From positions 1 through 47,941 of the IMG/VR virus record IMGVR_UViG_3300031707_000029: a stretch of DNA of 47,941 bases; one strand, written 5' to 3'. The notes below the pieces were generated by a model, which was not told the origin of the DNA, did no database searches, and saw only the letters and a program-made list of their open reading frames with translations. A program made the position numbers and the translations under genes. This stretch comes from a virus (Duplodnaviria; Caudoviricetes). Below are positions 27,275 through 35,015 of the stretch, piece by piece (within the stretch, counting starts at the first letter, position 1; each line of letters opens with the position of its first letter).

Positions 27275-27717
27275 CGAGGGCGCTCCTTCTCGCGGATGAT
27301 CGTTTTGCAGACGTCGATGGAAACGATCAGGTGATCGGCCAAAGGGTGCAAGTCCGTGACTTGACCGATCGCCGCATAATCGGATTTCGGGAAATAGGCG
27401 GCGCCGGTTTCGGTATCGGTGCTGAGGCAGGAACCGATCAAGGCGCACTTATCGTACTCGCGGCCGGACGTGTGACCGGCGAAATAGAGGGCCGGAAAGC
27501 AATCGGCGAGGTTGAAAGAAACGAAACCGGATCCGACGACCAGGCAGGAAGCGGTAAAGCGGTCCTTGTGGATCCACACGACGAGCGTCTTATGGGGATC
27601 GGTCTTCTCTTTGAAAAGCCAGGACCAGGCGCCCACGGTCAGGCAGGTCCAGTCGGCCTGGGGGACGACCAGGAGCCCGGGAATGGAAATATAATCCGCG
27701 CCTCGTTCCAGCCACAT
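27259..27717 (-). CDS. Hypothetical protein inside the deazaguanine cluster
   Basis: 152-aa ORF with GAGG RBS that exactly fills the folE-queC gap. Confidence 0.6.
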   Translation of the reverse strand: MWLERGADYISIPGLLVVPQADWTCLTVGAWSWLFKEKTDPHKTLVVWIHKDRFTASCLVVGSGFVSFNLADCFPALYFAGHTSGREYDKCALIGSCLSTDTETGAAYFPKSDYAAIGQVTDLHPLADHLIVSIDVCKTIIREKERPRWQHI

Positions 27718-27721
27718 CGTC

Positions 27722-28321
27722 CTATCCTCTTTCCCGTTCCAGCGCCATGAATTCCTGGCGGACGGATTCCCGCTCGAAGGTGCCCCGGATGGCGCTCGTC
27801 ACCATCTCCGCGTCCGCTTGCCTCACGCCCCGAGCCATCATGCAGAGGTGCCGGGCGCGGCAGACAACCATCGTCCCTTCCGGTGTCAGGCCGGCGACGA
27901 TGGCGTCCGCGATCGCGGCGGTCATCCGTTCCTGAATTTGAAGGCGGCGGGCGAAAATCTCGACCAGCCGCGCAAGCTTCGACAGTCCGATCACGCGACC
28001 CGCCGGCAGGTAGCCGATCGAGACGGTCCCATAGAAGGGCAGGAGATGGTGCTCGCAGGTCGAAAAGAATTCGGCCCGGCGAAGGATTATCATTTCGCGG
28101 CAGGCGCCCTCGGTAAAGGTCGTCATGACGGACGCGGGATCCACGGCATAACCGGCATAGAGTTCCCGCCACGATCGGACGACGCGGGCCGGCGTCCCCC
28201 GGAGGCCCTCCCGCCCGACGTCCTCGCCGATATGGGAGAGCATGTTGGAGACGAGTGTCCGGGCAAGGTTGTCCGTTACGGTTTCGCCCGGAATCAACGG
28301 ATGAATAGGAGACGTTGCCAT
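27722..28321 (-). CDS. folE: GTP cyclohydrolase I
   Basis: REGLRGTPARV, STCEHHLLPFYG, GLSKLARLV, RRLQIQERMT, HLCMMARG. Confidence 0.97.
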   Translation of the reverse strand: MATSPIHPLIPGETVTDNLARTLVSNMLSHIGEDVGREGLRGTPARVVRSWRELYAGYAVDPASVMTTFTEGACREMIILRRAEFFSTCEHHLLPFYGTVSIGYLPAGRVIGLSKLARLVEIFARRLQIQERMTAAIADAIVAGLTPEGTMVVCRARHLCMMARGVRQADAEMVTSAIRGTFERESVRQEFMALERERG

Positions 28322-28860
28322 TGAAGTGAAAGGCGCCAAGCCGGATGGGCCTTGACATATTCGACCGTTTCCACGATGTTCCGCCCGCTGCAGGGTTGGA
28401 GACAGTAGATGCCGAAGTCCGGGTATTCCGTCCTCCAATGCTCGACATCGTGGCCGAGGAAGATGACTTTAAGTTCATTGCCGGAGGTGATGGCCAGCGG
28501 TTTGATCTTCGGACTCACGGTGATCCAGTCGAAATCTTTCGGCTGATGAAGCGGTAGACTTCCATTCGTTTCGAGTTGGACGAAGAAATTGCGGACGTGG
28601 AGGTTGTAGGCCAGGAGCTCGGTATCTTCCTGGAGGAGCGGCTCGCCGCCGGTGATCACGACTTGCCGGCAGGGGTCATACTCCATAACGGCCGTTAGAA
28701 TGTCGGCCACGTCCAGGTCGAAGCCAAAGCGATGGTACTTGGTATCGCAGAAATCGCAGGAGAGGTTGCAGCCGGAAAGACGGATAAAGACGGCGGGCGT
28801 ACCCGTCCGGGCGCCCTCGCCCTGGATGGAGTAGAAGATTTCGTTGACCCGGAGCCTCAT
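28294..28860 (-). CDS. queE: 7-carboxy-7-deazaguanine synthase (radical SAM)
   Basis: EIFYSIQGEG, GCNLSCDFCDT, TGGEPLLQ, ETNG, VSPK, WRLSLQ. Confidence 0.96.
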   Translation of the reverse strand: MRLRVNEIFYSIQGEGARTGTPAVFIRLSGCNLSCDFCDTKYHRFGFDLDVADILTAVMEYDPCRQVVITGGEPLLQEDTELLAYNLHVRNFFVQLETNGSLPLHQPKDFDWITVSPKIKPLAITSGNELKVIFLGHDVEHWRTEYPDFGIYCLQPCSGRNIVETVEYVKAHPAWRLSLQWQRLLFIR

Positions 28861-29195
28861 CCCGTCACCTCGACCGAGGCCTCCGGACTCTCCCATAGCC
28901 GGAGGGCGATGAGATCAGGGAAATGTTCCTTAAACCGTCGAAAGAGAATCCTCGCCACATTCTCGGCCGTTGGCGATGGATCGATGAATTTATTGAGATC
29001 CAAGTGATCCGGAAGAAGCTGGTCCATCTTTTCCTTGAGGGAGGAAAAATCAACGATCATCCCCGTCGTGGGATCCGGCTCGCCCTCGATCGTGATCTCA
29101 ACCTCCCAGCGGTGGCCATGGACGCGGCCGCACGGTCCATCGTAGCCGGGCAGATGATGGGCGGCATCGAAGTGGGCGCGGTAGTGGAGCCTCAT
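28857..29195 (-). CDS. queD: 6-carboxytetrahydropterin synthase
   Basis: FDAAHHL, CGRVHGH, GMIVDF, DHLDLN, PTAEN, LWES. Confidence 0.96.
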   Translation of the reverse strand: MRLHYRAHFDAAHHLPGYDGPCGRVHGHRWEVEITIEGEPDPTTGMIVDFSSLKEKMDQLLPDHLDLNKFIDPSPTAENVARILFRRFKEHFPDLIALRLWESPEASVEVTG

Positions 29196-29599
29196 TCCGG
29201 CGTCCTTCTTTCCCGCCCGTCCCATATCCTCTGTCTCGCCAGGTCCGCGAGGATGTCCTTTTGCTCCTCTTGCGTCCTCGCTACCTGTCCCATGATGGTC
29301 GTTTGGGCGGTGAGGCACTTGCAGAGTTCATCGGTCTTGCCGTCGATGCGGATGATCCGCTCCTCACTTTTGATCGCCCCGTAAAGGTGGCCCTGGATTT
29401 GAGGATGGCCGAGCGCCGTCGCCACAGCCGTTTCGATGCCCGGATTGTCTTTCCCGTTCTTGCCGTTCTTGTACTTCAAGGCCCAAGCAAGGACGCGATC
29501 GATGATAAGGATGGCGAAGATCCCGCCGACGCCGATTTGAGTGATGGTGTCTGGACGGCTTGCCTTTGCCACTACCTCCCCGACGGCCTGGAGGATCAC
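29192..29599 (-). CDS. Single-TM membrane protein, holin candidate
   Basis: TM segment IGVGGIFAILIIDRVLAWAL plus coiled-coil tail; within the lysis block. Confidence 0.5.
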   Translation of the reverse strand: MILQAVGEVVAKASRPDTITQIGVGGIFAILIIDRVLAWALKYKNGKNGKDNPGIETAVATALGHPQIQGHLYGAIKSEERIIRIDGKTDELCKCLTAQTTIMGQVARTQEEQKDILADLARQRIWDGRERRTPE

Positions 29600-29898
29600 T
29601 TCACCACCTCCGTCACCTTGATCCCATACCGTTTACATTCGAGGATGAGTTGCTGGCGCTGGGCGAGGAGGAGGGTGTAGTTGGCGACGAAGGCCGGCGA
29701 CACCTCCCAATTCCCGTTCGGCAGCCGGCCGACGATCTCGGCCGACGTCGCGAGCGGCGCGAGCTCGACCCTGCCGATGATTCCGCAACTAACCGCCGAG
29801 AGGCTTAGAATACTTAGCGTTGAGAGCATTAAGAGCGACAGCGTCGCCCGCCGCCAACGCGGTCCGGAGCTTGTCCTGATCGACCTTCCATTCGGCAT
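29596..29898 (-). CDS. Lipoprotein, o-spanin candidate
   Basis: RWRR, hydrophobic stretch and lipobox AVS-C; overlaps the upstream small ORF out of frame. Confidence 0.6.
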   Translation of the reverse strand: MPNGRSIRTSSGPRWRRATLSLLMLSTLSILSLSAVSCGIIGRVELAPLATSAEIVGRLPNGNWEVSPAFVANYTLLLAQRQQLILECKRYGIKVTEVVK

Positions 29899-29986
29899 CG
29901 AATTTCTCCTTTTCCTTGTCGTGAATTTTAGTCCAGGCCTCGTAGATGAGGCTGAGGACGGCTTCGATTGTGGCGATAGTATCCAT
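29789..29986 (-). CDS. Small lysis-block protein (i-spanin-like position)
   Basis: 65 aa, strong GGAGG RBS, directly after the endolysin. Confidence 0.5.
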   Translation of the reverse strand: MDTIATIEAVLSLIYEAWTKIHDKEKEKFDAEWKVDQDKLRTALAAGDAVALNALNAKYSKPLGG

Positions 29987-30001
29987 GGGGTGATCCCTCC
30001 T

Positions 30002-30388
30002 TTAGTATGTCCAGATTCCTGGTATCAAGATGGTGGAAATTCCAAGATGGATGAAGGCGCGGCCTTCTTTGATGGCGGCCGCGGAGACGTCGATCCCGAG
30101 CCGGCGGATGTCCTCAAGGATCGCGACCTCGACGAGGTGGAGCGCATCGAAGGAGGAATAGACCGCGATGTCGGCTGCCTCACCTTTAGGATGCTCCTCG
30201 CCGCCCCGGACAATGATGTTGTAATCCGGGCAACGGAAACCCGATGTGACGATCATCGGCTTTTGGTAGCGGATCCGGACGCGATCCAGGATCGGAATAA
30301 GGCGGGGCGAAATATCTGCCCGACCACAGCGGCCACAGCGACAAATAAATTCCGAGACCTTGAAAAATTCTCCGTTTAGGGGAGCCAT
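30002..30388 (-). CDS. Endolysin, peptidase M15 family
   Basis: FKVSEFICRC, VTSGFRCPDYN, HPKGEAADI, FIHLG. Confidence 0.9.
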   Translation of the reverse strand: MAPLNGEFFKVSEFICRCGRCGRADISPRLIPILDRVRIRYQKPMIVTSGFRCPDYNIIVRGGEEHPKGEAADIAVYSSFDALHLVEVAILEDIRRLGIDVSAAAIKEGRAFIHLGISTILIPGIWTY

Positions 30389-30424
30389 CGCAATGGACCT
30401 CCTAGCGGCGGCGGTGACGGATTA

Positions 30425-30454
30425 GGAATACTCCCGGGGGGAGGAAAAAGTCAA
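30425..30454 (-). promoter_or_regulatory. Putative late promoter upstream of the endolysin
   Basis: TTGACT-18 nt-TATTCC with an upstream A-tract; same layout as the 14.7-kb promoter. Confidence 0.5.
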
Positions 30455-30484
30455 GAAGGATTTTTTTGATCCGATTTTATTTCT

Positions 30485-30643
30485 TTAAAAATCCAGACCG
30501 AATTCCCTCTCCCATTCTGCGAGCCGGCGGCTGAAATGCTCGTCGATATCGATGCAGCAGATAGCCGTAAGGAGAAGGATTATGCCGAAGATCACCAGCC
30601 AGCCGAGGAGGTTGAGGATCGTTTTTTTTCGTCTCGTTTCCAT
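30485..30643 (-). CDS. Small membrane protein (52 aa)
   Basis: Manual translation METRRKKTILNLLGWLVIFGIILLLTAICC...; below the ORF-track size cut-off. Confidence 0.55.
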   Translation of the reverse strand: METRRKKTILNLLGWLVIFGIILLLTAICCIDIDEHFSRRLAEWEREFGLDF

Positions 30644-30646
30644 CGT

Positions 30647-30919
30647 TCAGGAAATGGATCGAAGGATCAGGCCGCCCTTCCGCACGTGCTCTTTGGTGGC
30701 GGGGGAAAGATGCATGGACGGTCCGGGCCGGAACCATTCGTATTGAACGGCGAGAGATTGGTTGCACGTGTAGAAACTGGAAACCATTTCACCGCCGCAG
30801 CCGGACGTCGCTTTACAAAAGGCGAGAATGAAGGGCGTGGTGCCCTCGTCCCGATCGACCGTGACGATGGTTTTCTTGCATGAGGAACAAGTATAGACAT
30901 TTTTCCTACCCGGGCTCAT
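30647..30919 (-). CDS. Zinc-binding hypothetical protein
   Basis: YTCSSC...DEGTTPF..C....CGG; GGAG RBS. Confidence 0.7.
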   Translation of the reverse strand: MSPGRKNVYTCSSCKKTIVTVDRDEGTTPFILAFCKATSGCGGEMVSSFYTCNQSLAVQYEWFRPGPSMHLSPATKEHVRKGGLILRSIS

Positions 30920-31143
30920 CGGTTCTCCTTTGAAGGACGGGAGCCCGGACGCCCATGAGCCGACGTCCAGGAGGCTGAGTTGAAAGGGGAATTATACGGG
31001 GACTTCGCGTTTCCGTTCGTTTGGTTGACGCTCATGTGGGGGGCCTTTTCTCCCGATCGATAATCCATGTTGTCGATTCGGCCGGCGAAGGGAAGGAGGC
31101 CGGGGCGGGATCCGCCTCGCTTCCCTCCGTGGCCGTTCTGCAT
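30916..31143 (-). CDS. Hypothetical protein
   Basis: Fills the gap with coupled start/stop; low complexity. Confidence 0.35.
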   Translation of the reverse strand: MQNGHGGKRGGSRPGLLPFAGRIDNMDYRSGEKAPHMSVNQTNGNAKSPYNSPFNSASWTSAHGRPGSRPSKENR

Positions 31144-31144
31144 C

Positions 31145-31615
31145 TTAGAACTCGCTGGGCGGTTTGACCGCTTTGGCTGTCTCGTCCCTGCTCGCACCTT
31201 CGGAAGGCCCGGCCGTGGGGCGGAGCCGGATGAAGGGATCCTTCTCCTTGTACATGCGGGCGAAATTCGCGCCTATTTCCGACCGGACGGTCGTCACGAA
31301 ATCCTTTGCTAAACCGTCAATCCGCGCATTGATAATCGTTGCCGTCTTCTTCGCCGTCATCTTGTAGAGGCCGTTGGCCACGGCAAAGGAGACGAGGGCA
31401 TAAAGGAGCCAGGGACCGAGGACGAATTGGTGAAGACCGAGCAGGGTGATCGCCGAAACGGCGAGGCACGTCACCGCCGAGGCAACGTAGCCAAGAAACT
31501 TCCAGGCCGCATCGACGCCCATGCGGATGAGGAACAGTTTGAGGATCTCCGTCAGCCCGGCCAGCGGGATCCCCGCGAGGCCGGCGACGATAAGCTCCAA
31601 AATTTTAGGGTCCAT
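31145..31615 (-). CDS. Three-TM membrane protein (holin-like)
   Basis: Three hydrophobic segments ending ANGLYK; GGAGG RBS. Confidence 0.6.
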   Translation of the reverse strand: MDPKILELIVAGLAGIPLAGLTEILKLFLIRMGVDAAWKFLGYVASAVTCLAVSAITLLGLHQFVLGPWLLYALVSFAVANGLYKMTAKKTATIINARIDGLAKDFVTTVRSEIGANFARMYKEKDPFIRLRPTAGPSEGASRDETAKAVKPPSEF

Positions 31616-31970
31616 CCGTTTTACCTCCTTCGGATTTTGGATTTGGTTCGGTCACGGGCAGCTCGCCGGGATCGACGATTTCCGCAAGCTCCGCGGCGAC
31701 GATGGTCAATTGGTGGAGGACGTGGATGAGCCGCGCCCTCAAGTCGCCGGCGGGTGCGTAGTCCATCTCCTCGGTCGGCCGCATGACCGGCACTAACGTA
31801 TGGTCCAATCCCGCCCGATGAAACGCTTGGTTCAATTCCTGGATGTCGAGGAAGTCCAATTTCGCCTTGCCGATTTCCTCCCACCTGTCCAGCACTTCGG
31901 CGATGGAAGAGATCTCGATGCCGAGGAGCTTCTCCCGAAGCCGTCCGCTTATTTCGACATTTTCACTCAT
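31605..31970 (-). CDS. Hypothetical protein
   Basis: 121-aa coupled ORF. Confidence 0.6.
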   Translation of the reverse strand: MSENVEISGRLREKLLGIEISSIAEVLDRWEEIGKAKLDFLDIQELNQAFHRAGLDHTLVPVMRPTEEMDYAPAGDLRARLIHVLHQLTIVAAELAEIVDPGELPVTEPNPKSEGGKTDGP

Positions 31971-32167
31971 GCTTTTTTCTCTTCGGCCACCCCGGCATAG
32001 GACTCCCGCATTCTATTCAGGATGCAAAGATCGTGCAGGTTGGCCATGAAGCCGGAATCGTCTTGTTCCTCGTTCGTGACCTTTTCGGCGACCACTTCAA
32101 TCTTCCTGTCGATGAAGGCGGCCACCTTTTGGTTGACACCCTGAGATACGAAAATTTCCTTATACAT
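31967..32167 (-). CDS. Hypothetical protein
   Basis: 66 aa, AGGAG RBS. Confidence 0.55.
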   Translation of the reverse strand: MYKEIFVSQGVNQKVAAFIDRKIEVVAEKVTNEEQDDSGFMANLHDLCILNRMRESYAGVAEEKKA

Positions 32168-32175
32168 TTTTCTCC

Positions 32176-32550
32176 TTACCAGGCCTTTTTGTGATGGACT
32201 GGACGCACCTTGAAGATGGATGGGCGTCCGACAATCCTTAGAAGGTGATCGACATTTTTAGCGGCTTTTTGAACCTCTCGGGCAAGCGCCTCCTCGCCGA
32301 TCGCCGACAGTCTGAAAACCCAAGAAAAACATTTATCTCTCGTAAGGTTTTGCCGGGCAGCCTTCACGACGAGGCCCATCTTGACGAGACGGGAAAGATA
32401 GAAGATCGCCGCCGTGAGCATCCCTTGACCCCCGCCCGAGATCGTCCAACCCTCATTGTCGGGCCAATATTTGAGCGCGAATTCGGCGGCCGTCAATCCT
32501 TTCGGCTGATCGCCGACGACATGAAGGGCGCGGATCGTGTTGGCGGTCAT
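32176..32550 (-). CDS. Winged-helix-like protein
   Basis: LTAAEFA...YLSRLVKMGLV...FRLSAIG pattern. Confidence 0.5.
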   Translation of the reverse strand: MTANTIRALHVVGDQPKGLTAAEFALKYWPDNEGWTISGGGQGMLTAAIFYLSRLVKMGLVVKAARQNLTRDKCFSWVFRLSAIGEEALAREVQKAAKNVDHLLRIVGRPSIFKVRPVHHKKAW

Positions 32551-33116
32551 CGAACGGCGCCCCCTGCGAGTTTCCGGCTGAGGGCGTGGAGCTCAAAATC
32601 TAGGTGAACGATAATCGCCTTTGCCACATCCTCAAACGTGTGATCCAGGCTGAAGTGCATCCGATCCTCGACGAGGCCGGCGGATGTTTCAAACCATACC
32701 TTTGCCATCCATCCCGACTCGCCGGCTGGGCCGAGATAGAAAAGCTCGCCGAACGGCCGGAGGGTTGCATAATCGAGCGGGAAAAAAGATGGCTTGGGCG
32801 GCGGGGAAGGAGGAGCGGGACGTTGGATCGGACGAAGGAATCCTAGCCAGAGAAGGAGGCGGCAGAAACGCGAAGGCGACGGTGGTGATAGGGTGGCCGG
32901 TTCGGATGCGTGCTCGATACGCACTCGCCGCGGTGTTGGTACCCTGAGAAGATTATTGAGATGGCGAATGACCTGGCCCTTCCACAAATAAAGGAAATAT
33001 TTTGTGTCGGCCTGTTCCTTCGGTTGCGGATCGGCGGGGGGCCTGGAGGATTTGTTCTCCGATGGGCCGCCGATTTCGCAAGGCCCTTTGTCTCCGATCG
33101 GAAATTTCGGACTCAC
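32547..33116 (-). CDS. Hypothetical protein
   Basis: GTG overlapping the upstream stop; Pro-rich. Confidence 0.45.
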   Translation of the reverse strand: MSPKFPIGDKGPCEIGGPSENKSSRPPADPQPKEQADTKYFLYLWKGQVIRHLNNLLRVPTPRRVRIEHASEPATLSPPSPSRFCRLLLWLGFLRPIQRPAPPSPPPKPSFFPLDYATLRPFGELFYLGPAGESGWMAKVWFETSAGLVEDRMHFSLDHTFEDVAKAIIVHLDFELHALSRKLAGGAVR

Positions 33117-33508
33117 GGCGCTACCCTCGCCGCCTCGGCCTTTTCCTTCTCCGCCTTGCCCCAGGCCATGAACTCGCCGAAGAAAACATCGGCATCCATC
33201 CCGAGCACTTTTTCGATAAAGAGCAGGAGGCCGCGCCGCTGAACCTCCGAAGGATTCATATGGACCATCATCTCGAAGGCGTCCTTCTTCGTCGCCTTCC
33301 ACTTCTCGACAAGCTCCTTGATTCGGTCCAACCGGGCGCCGCCGGCGAGGCCCTCCAGGAGGACGCGCCACAGGTCGGCCCGATCATCCATGTCGATTAG
33401 CCACCACGACTTCACGAAGTCCGAACCGATCAGGTCCGAATTGAGCGTGTAGGCCGGATTCTTGCCGATCAGGTCGCCATTCGTGTGAAGATAGTAATAC
33501 CATTTCAT
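33113..33508 (-). CDS. Hypothetical phage protein
   Basis: MKWYYYLHTNGDLIGK; strong AGGAGG RBS. Confidence 0.7.
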   Translation of the reverse strand: MKWYYYLHTNGDLIGKNPAYTLNSDLIGSDFVKSWWLIDMDDRADLWRVLLEGLAGGARLDRIKELVEKWKATKKDAFEMMVHMNPSEVQRRGLLLFIEKVLGMDADVFFGEFMAWGKAEKEKAEAARVAP

Positions 33509-33533
33509 CGCATACCTCCTTTGCCCGGATCCC

Positions 33534-33623
33534 GCCGGGCGATGTCAGGTTTTTCCGGGTGGGCCGGTGTCAGAGTACCAATAAAAATCGTGCGGTGCTG
33601 AGAACCGCTTAGAATCGGAAAAA
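33534..33623. repeat. ~90-bp intergenic element, copy 1
   Basis: Aligns in inverted orientation with 39659-39747, including an identical 21-mer AACCGCTTAGAATCGGAAAAA. Confidence 0.85.
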
Positions 33624-33646
33624 AAGCTCCGCCGTTTTTCTCCATT

Positions 33647-34255
33647 TTAACCTTCAGATCCCGGCTCGCCGGCGGCATCCCGGACCCGCTGATCCTCCGC
33701 CGCCAGCTCGCGCCGCCGTTCGCTCGCGTCCTCGCGCAAGGCTTCGGTGCGGCTGTCCCGATCCTTTTCCCGCTTCACGGAACAATCGGGACAGACCTTG
33801 ATATCGAAGTTGACTTCGTCGCTGGCATCCAAACAGGTAAGGCAAACCGATGCTCCGCAGTTCGGGCAAAAGCAACCGCCGGTATCGGCCTTGCACCACA
33901 GGCAGGTCGACCTCTCGGCCGCTTCCGGTTCCTTCATCTCGCCGGCGGGCGCATGGTCCGGGCATGGTTCGGTCTCTACCGGGATACCGCAAATTCCACA
34001 GACCTTCCCCGCCCCCTCCTGCTTCTCGAAATATTCGGCCGGCAGTAGTTCCTTCTCCCACGTCTTTTTGATCCCTCGAATTTCGATATCGTGGCCAAAG
34101 AGGGTGACCGTGGCTTTGGGATAGTCCTTTCCCCGATCGATGTCAATCTCGACCGCCTCATAACTTGGATGTTTTTCCACCCGGATTGTGATCCGTCGAA
34201 TGTGGTGGAGCGCGATGCTGAGGGATTCCCAGGCATCGTTCTTAAATTTTTTCAT
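33647..34255 (-). CDS. Cys-rich zinc-finger protein
   Basis: Multiple CxxC pairs (CGIC, CLWC, CPNC, CLTC, CPDC). Confidence 0.65.
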   Translation of the reverse strand: MKKFKNDAWESLSIALHHIRRITIRVEKHPSYEAVEIDIDRGKDYPKATVTLFGHDIEIRGIKKTWEKELLPAEYFEKQEGAGKVCGICGIPVETEPCPDHAPAGEMKEPEAAERSTCLWCKADTGGCFCPNCGASVCLTCLDASDEVNFDIKVCPDCSVKREKDRDSRTEALREDASERRRELAAEDQRVRDAAGEPGSEG

Positions 34256-34752
34256 CGGTCCTCCTTTGGGCAAAATTTCTCCTCCCCATACCTGAGAAGG
34301 AGCAAGGCGTCGGCGTGATCGTCATTTAAAATCTTCACGGCCGGGAAAAGCTCCTGAGCCCGCGCGATCATCGCCGGCTTCTTCGCGTTGCCCTTTCCTG
34401 TCGCCCACTTTTTTAGAGTGGAGCCCCAAACGCCGACGTGCTCGATTCGACGCTCGGCACATTGTTCTTGGACGCGGGTCGCCATGCCGGTTAAAAGCTC
34501 CGCCGCATATCCGCCCCCATGGCCGGCCGCGGTGATGGGTTGATCGTAGAAAACGATCTGAGGTTCGATGTTATTAAGCATCTCACGGAGAAAGACGTTG
34601 AATCGGATGAACCTCATCCCGGGCGATTCTCCTCGGCCGAGGTCAAAGGTTTGGACGCCGGATTCGATCCGAGATCCTAGAAGCGATTCGTCGAGCGTGG
34701 CCCAGCCAGTTTTAGTACCAAGGTCAAGAGCCAGGAGGTTCGGATGCTTCAA
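34252..34752 (-). CDS. RuvC-like Holliday junction resolvase
   Basis: LALDLGTKTGWA, KKWATGKGNAKK, DHADAL. Confidence 0.85.
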   Translation of the reverse strand: MKHPNLLALDLGTKTGWATLDESLLGSRIESGVQTFDLGRGESPGMRFIRFNVFLREMLNNIEPQIVFYDQPITAAGHGGGYAAELLTGMATRVQEQCAERRIEHVGVWGSTLKKWATGKGNAKKPAMIARAQELFPAVKILNDDHADALLLLRYGEEKFCPKEDR

Positions 34753-35015
34753 AGCCGGTCTCCCAGCTTGAGGATGCGCCTTTTGGCAACGAGCAGGTCA
34801 TCCACCTCCCGCTGTTCTTCGCCCGAGAGAGTGTACTGGCAGACTCTTTTAACGATGGCGCTGATGGCATCGGTGAGGCCGGCGGTTGCGTCAAGGAATT
34901 CGTCCTCGAATCCCCGCCTCCAACGAGCGTGGTTGAAATTCCGAACCATCACGATGATGAAGAGGACAAGGAGAACGATCACCGTCCACATGAGATAGAT
35001 GATCTCTTTTTTCAT
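34749..35015 (-). CDS. Membrane-anchored hypothetical protein
   Basis: N-terminal TM IIYLMWTVIVLLVLFIIVMV. Confidence 0.6.
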   Translation of the reverse strand: MKKEIIYLMWTVIVLLVLFIIVMVRNFNHARWRRGFEDEFLDATAGLTDAISAIVKRVCQYTLSGEEQREVDDLLVAKRRILKLGDRL

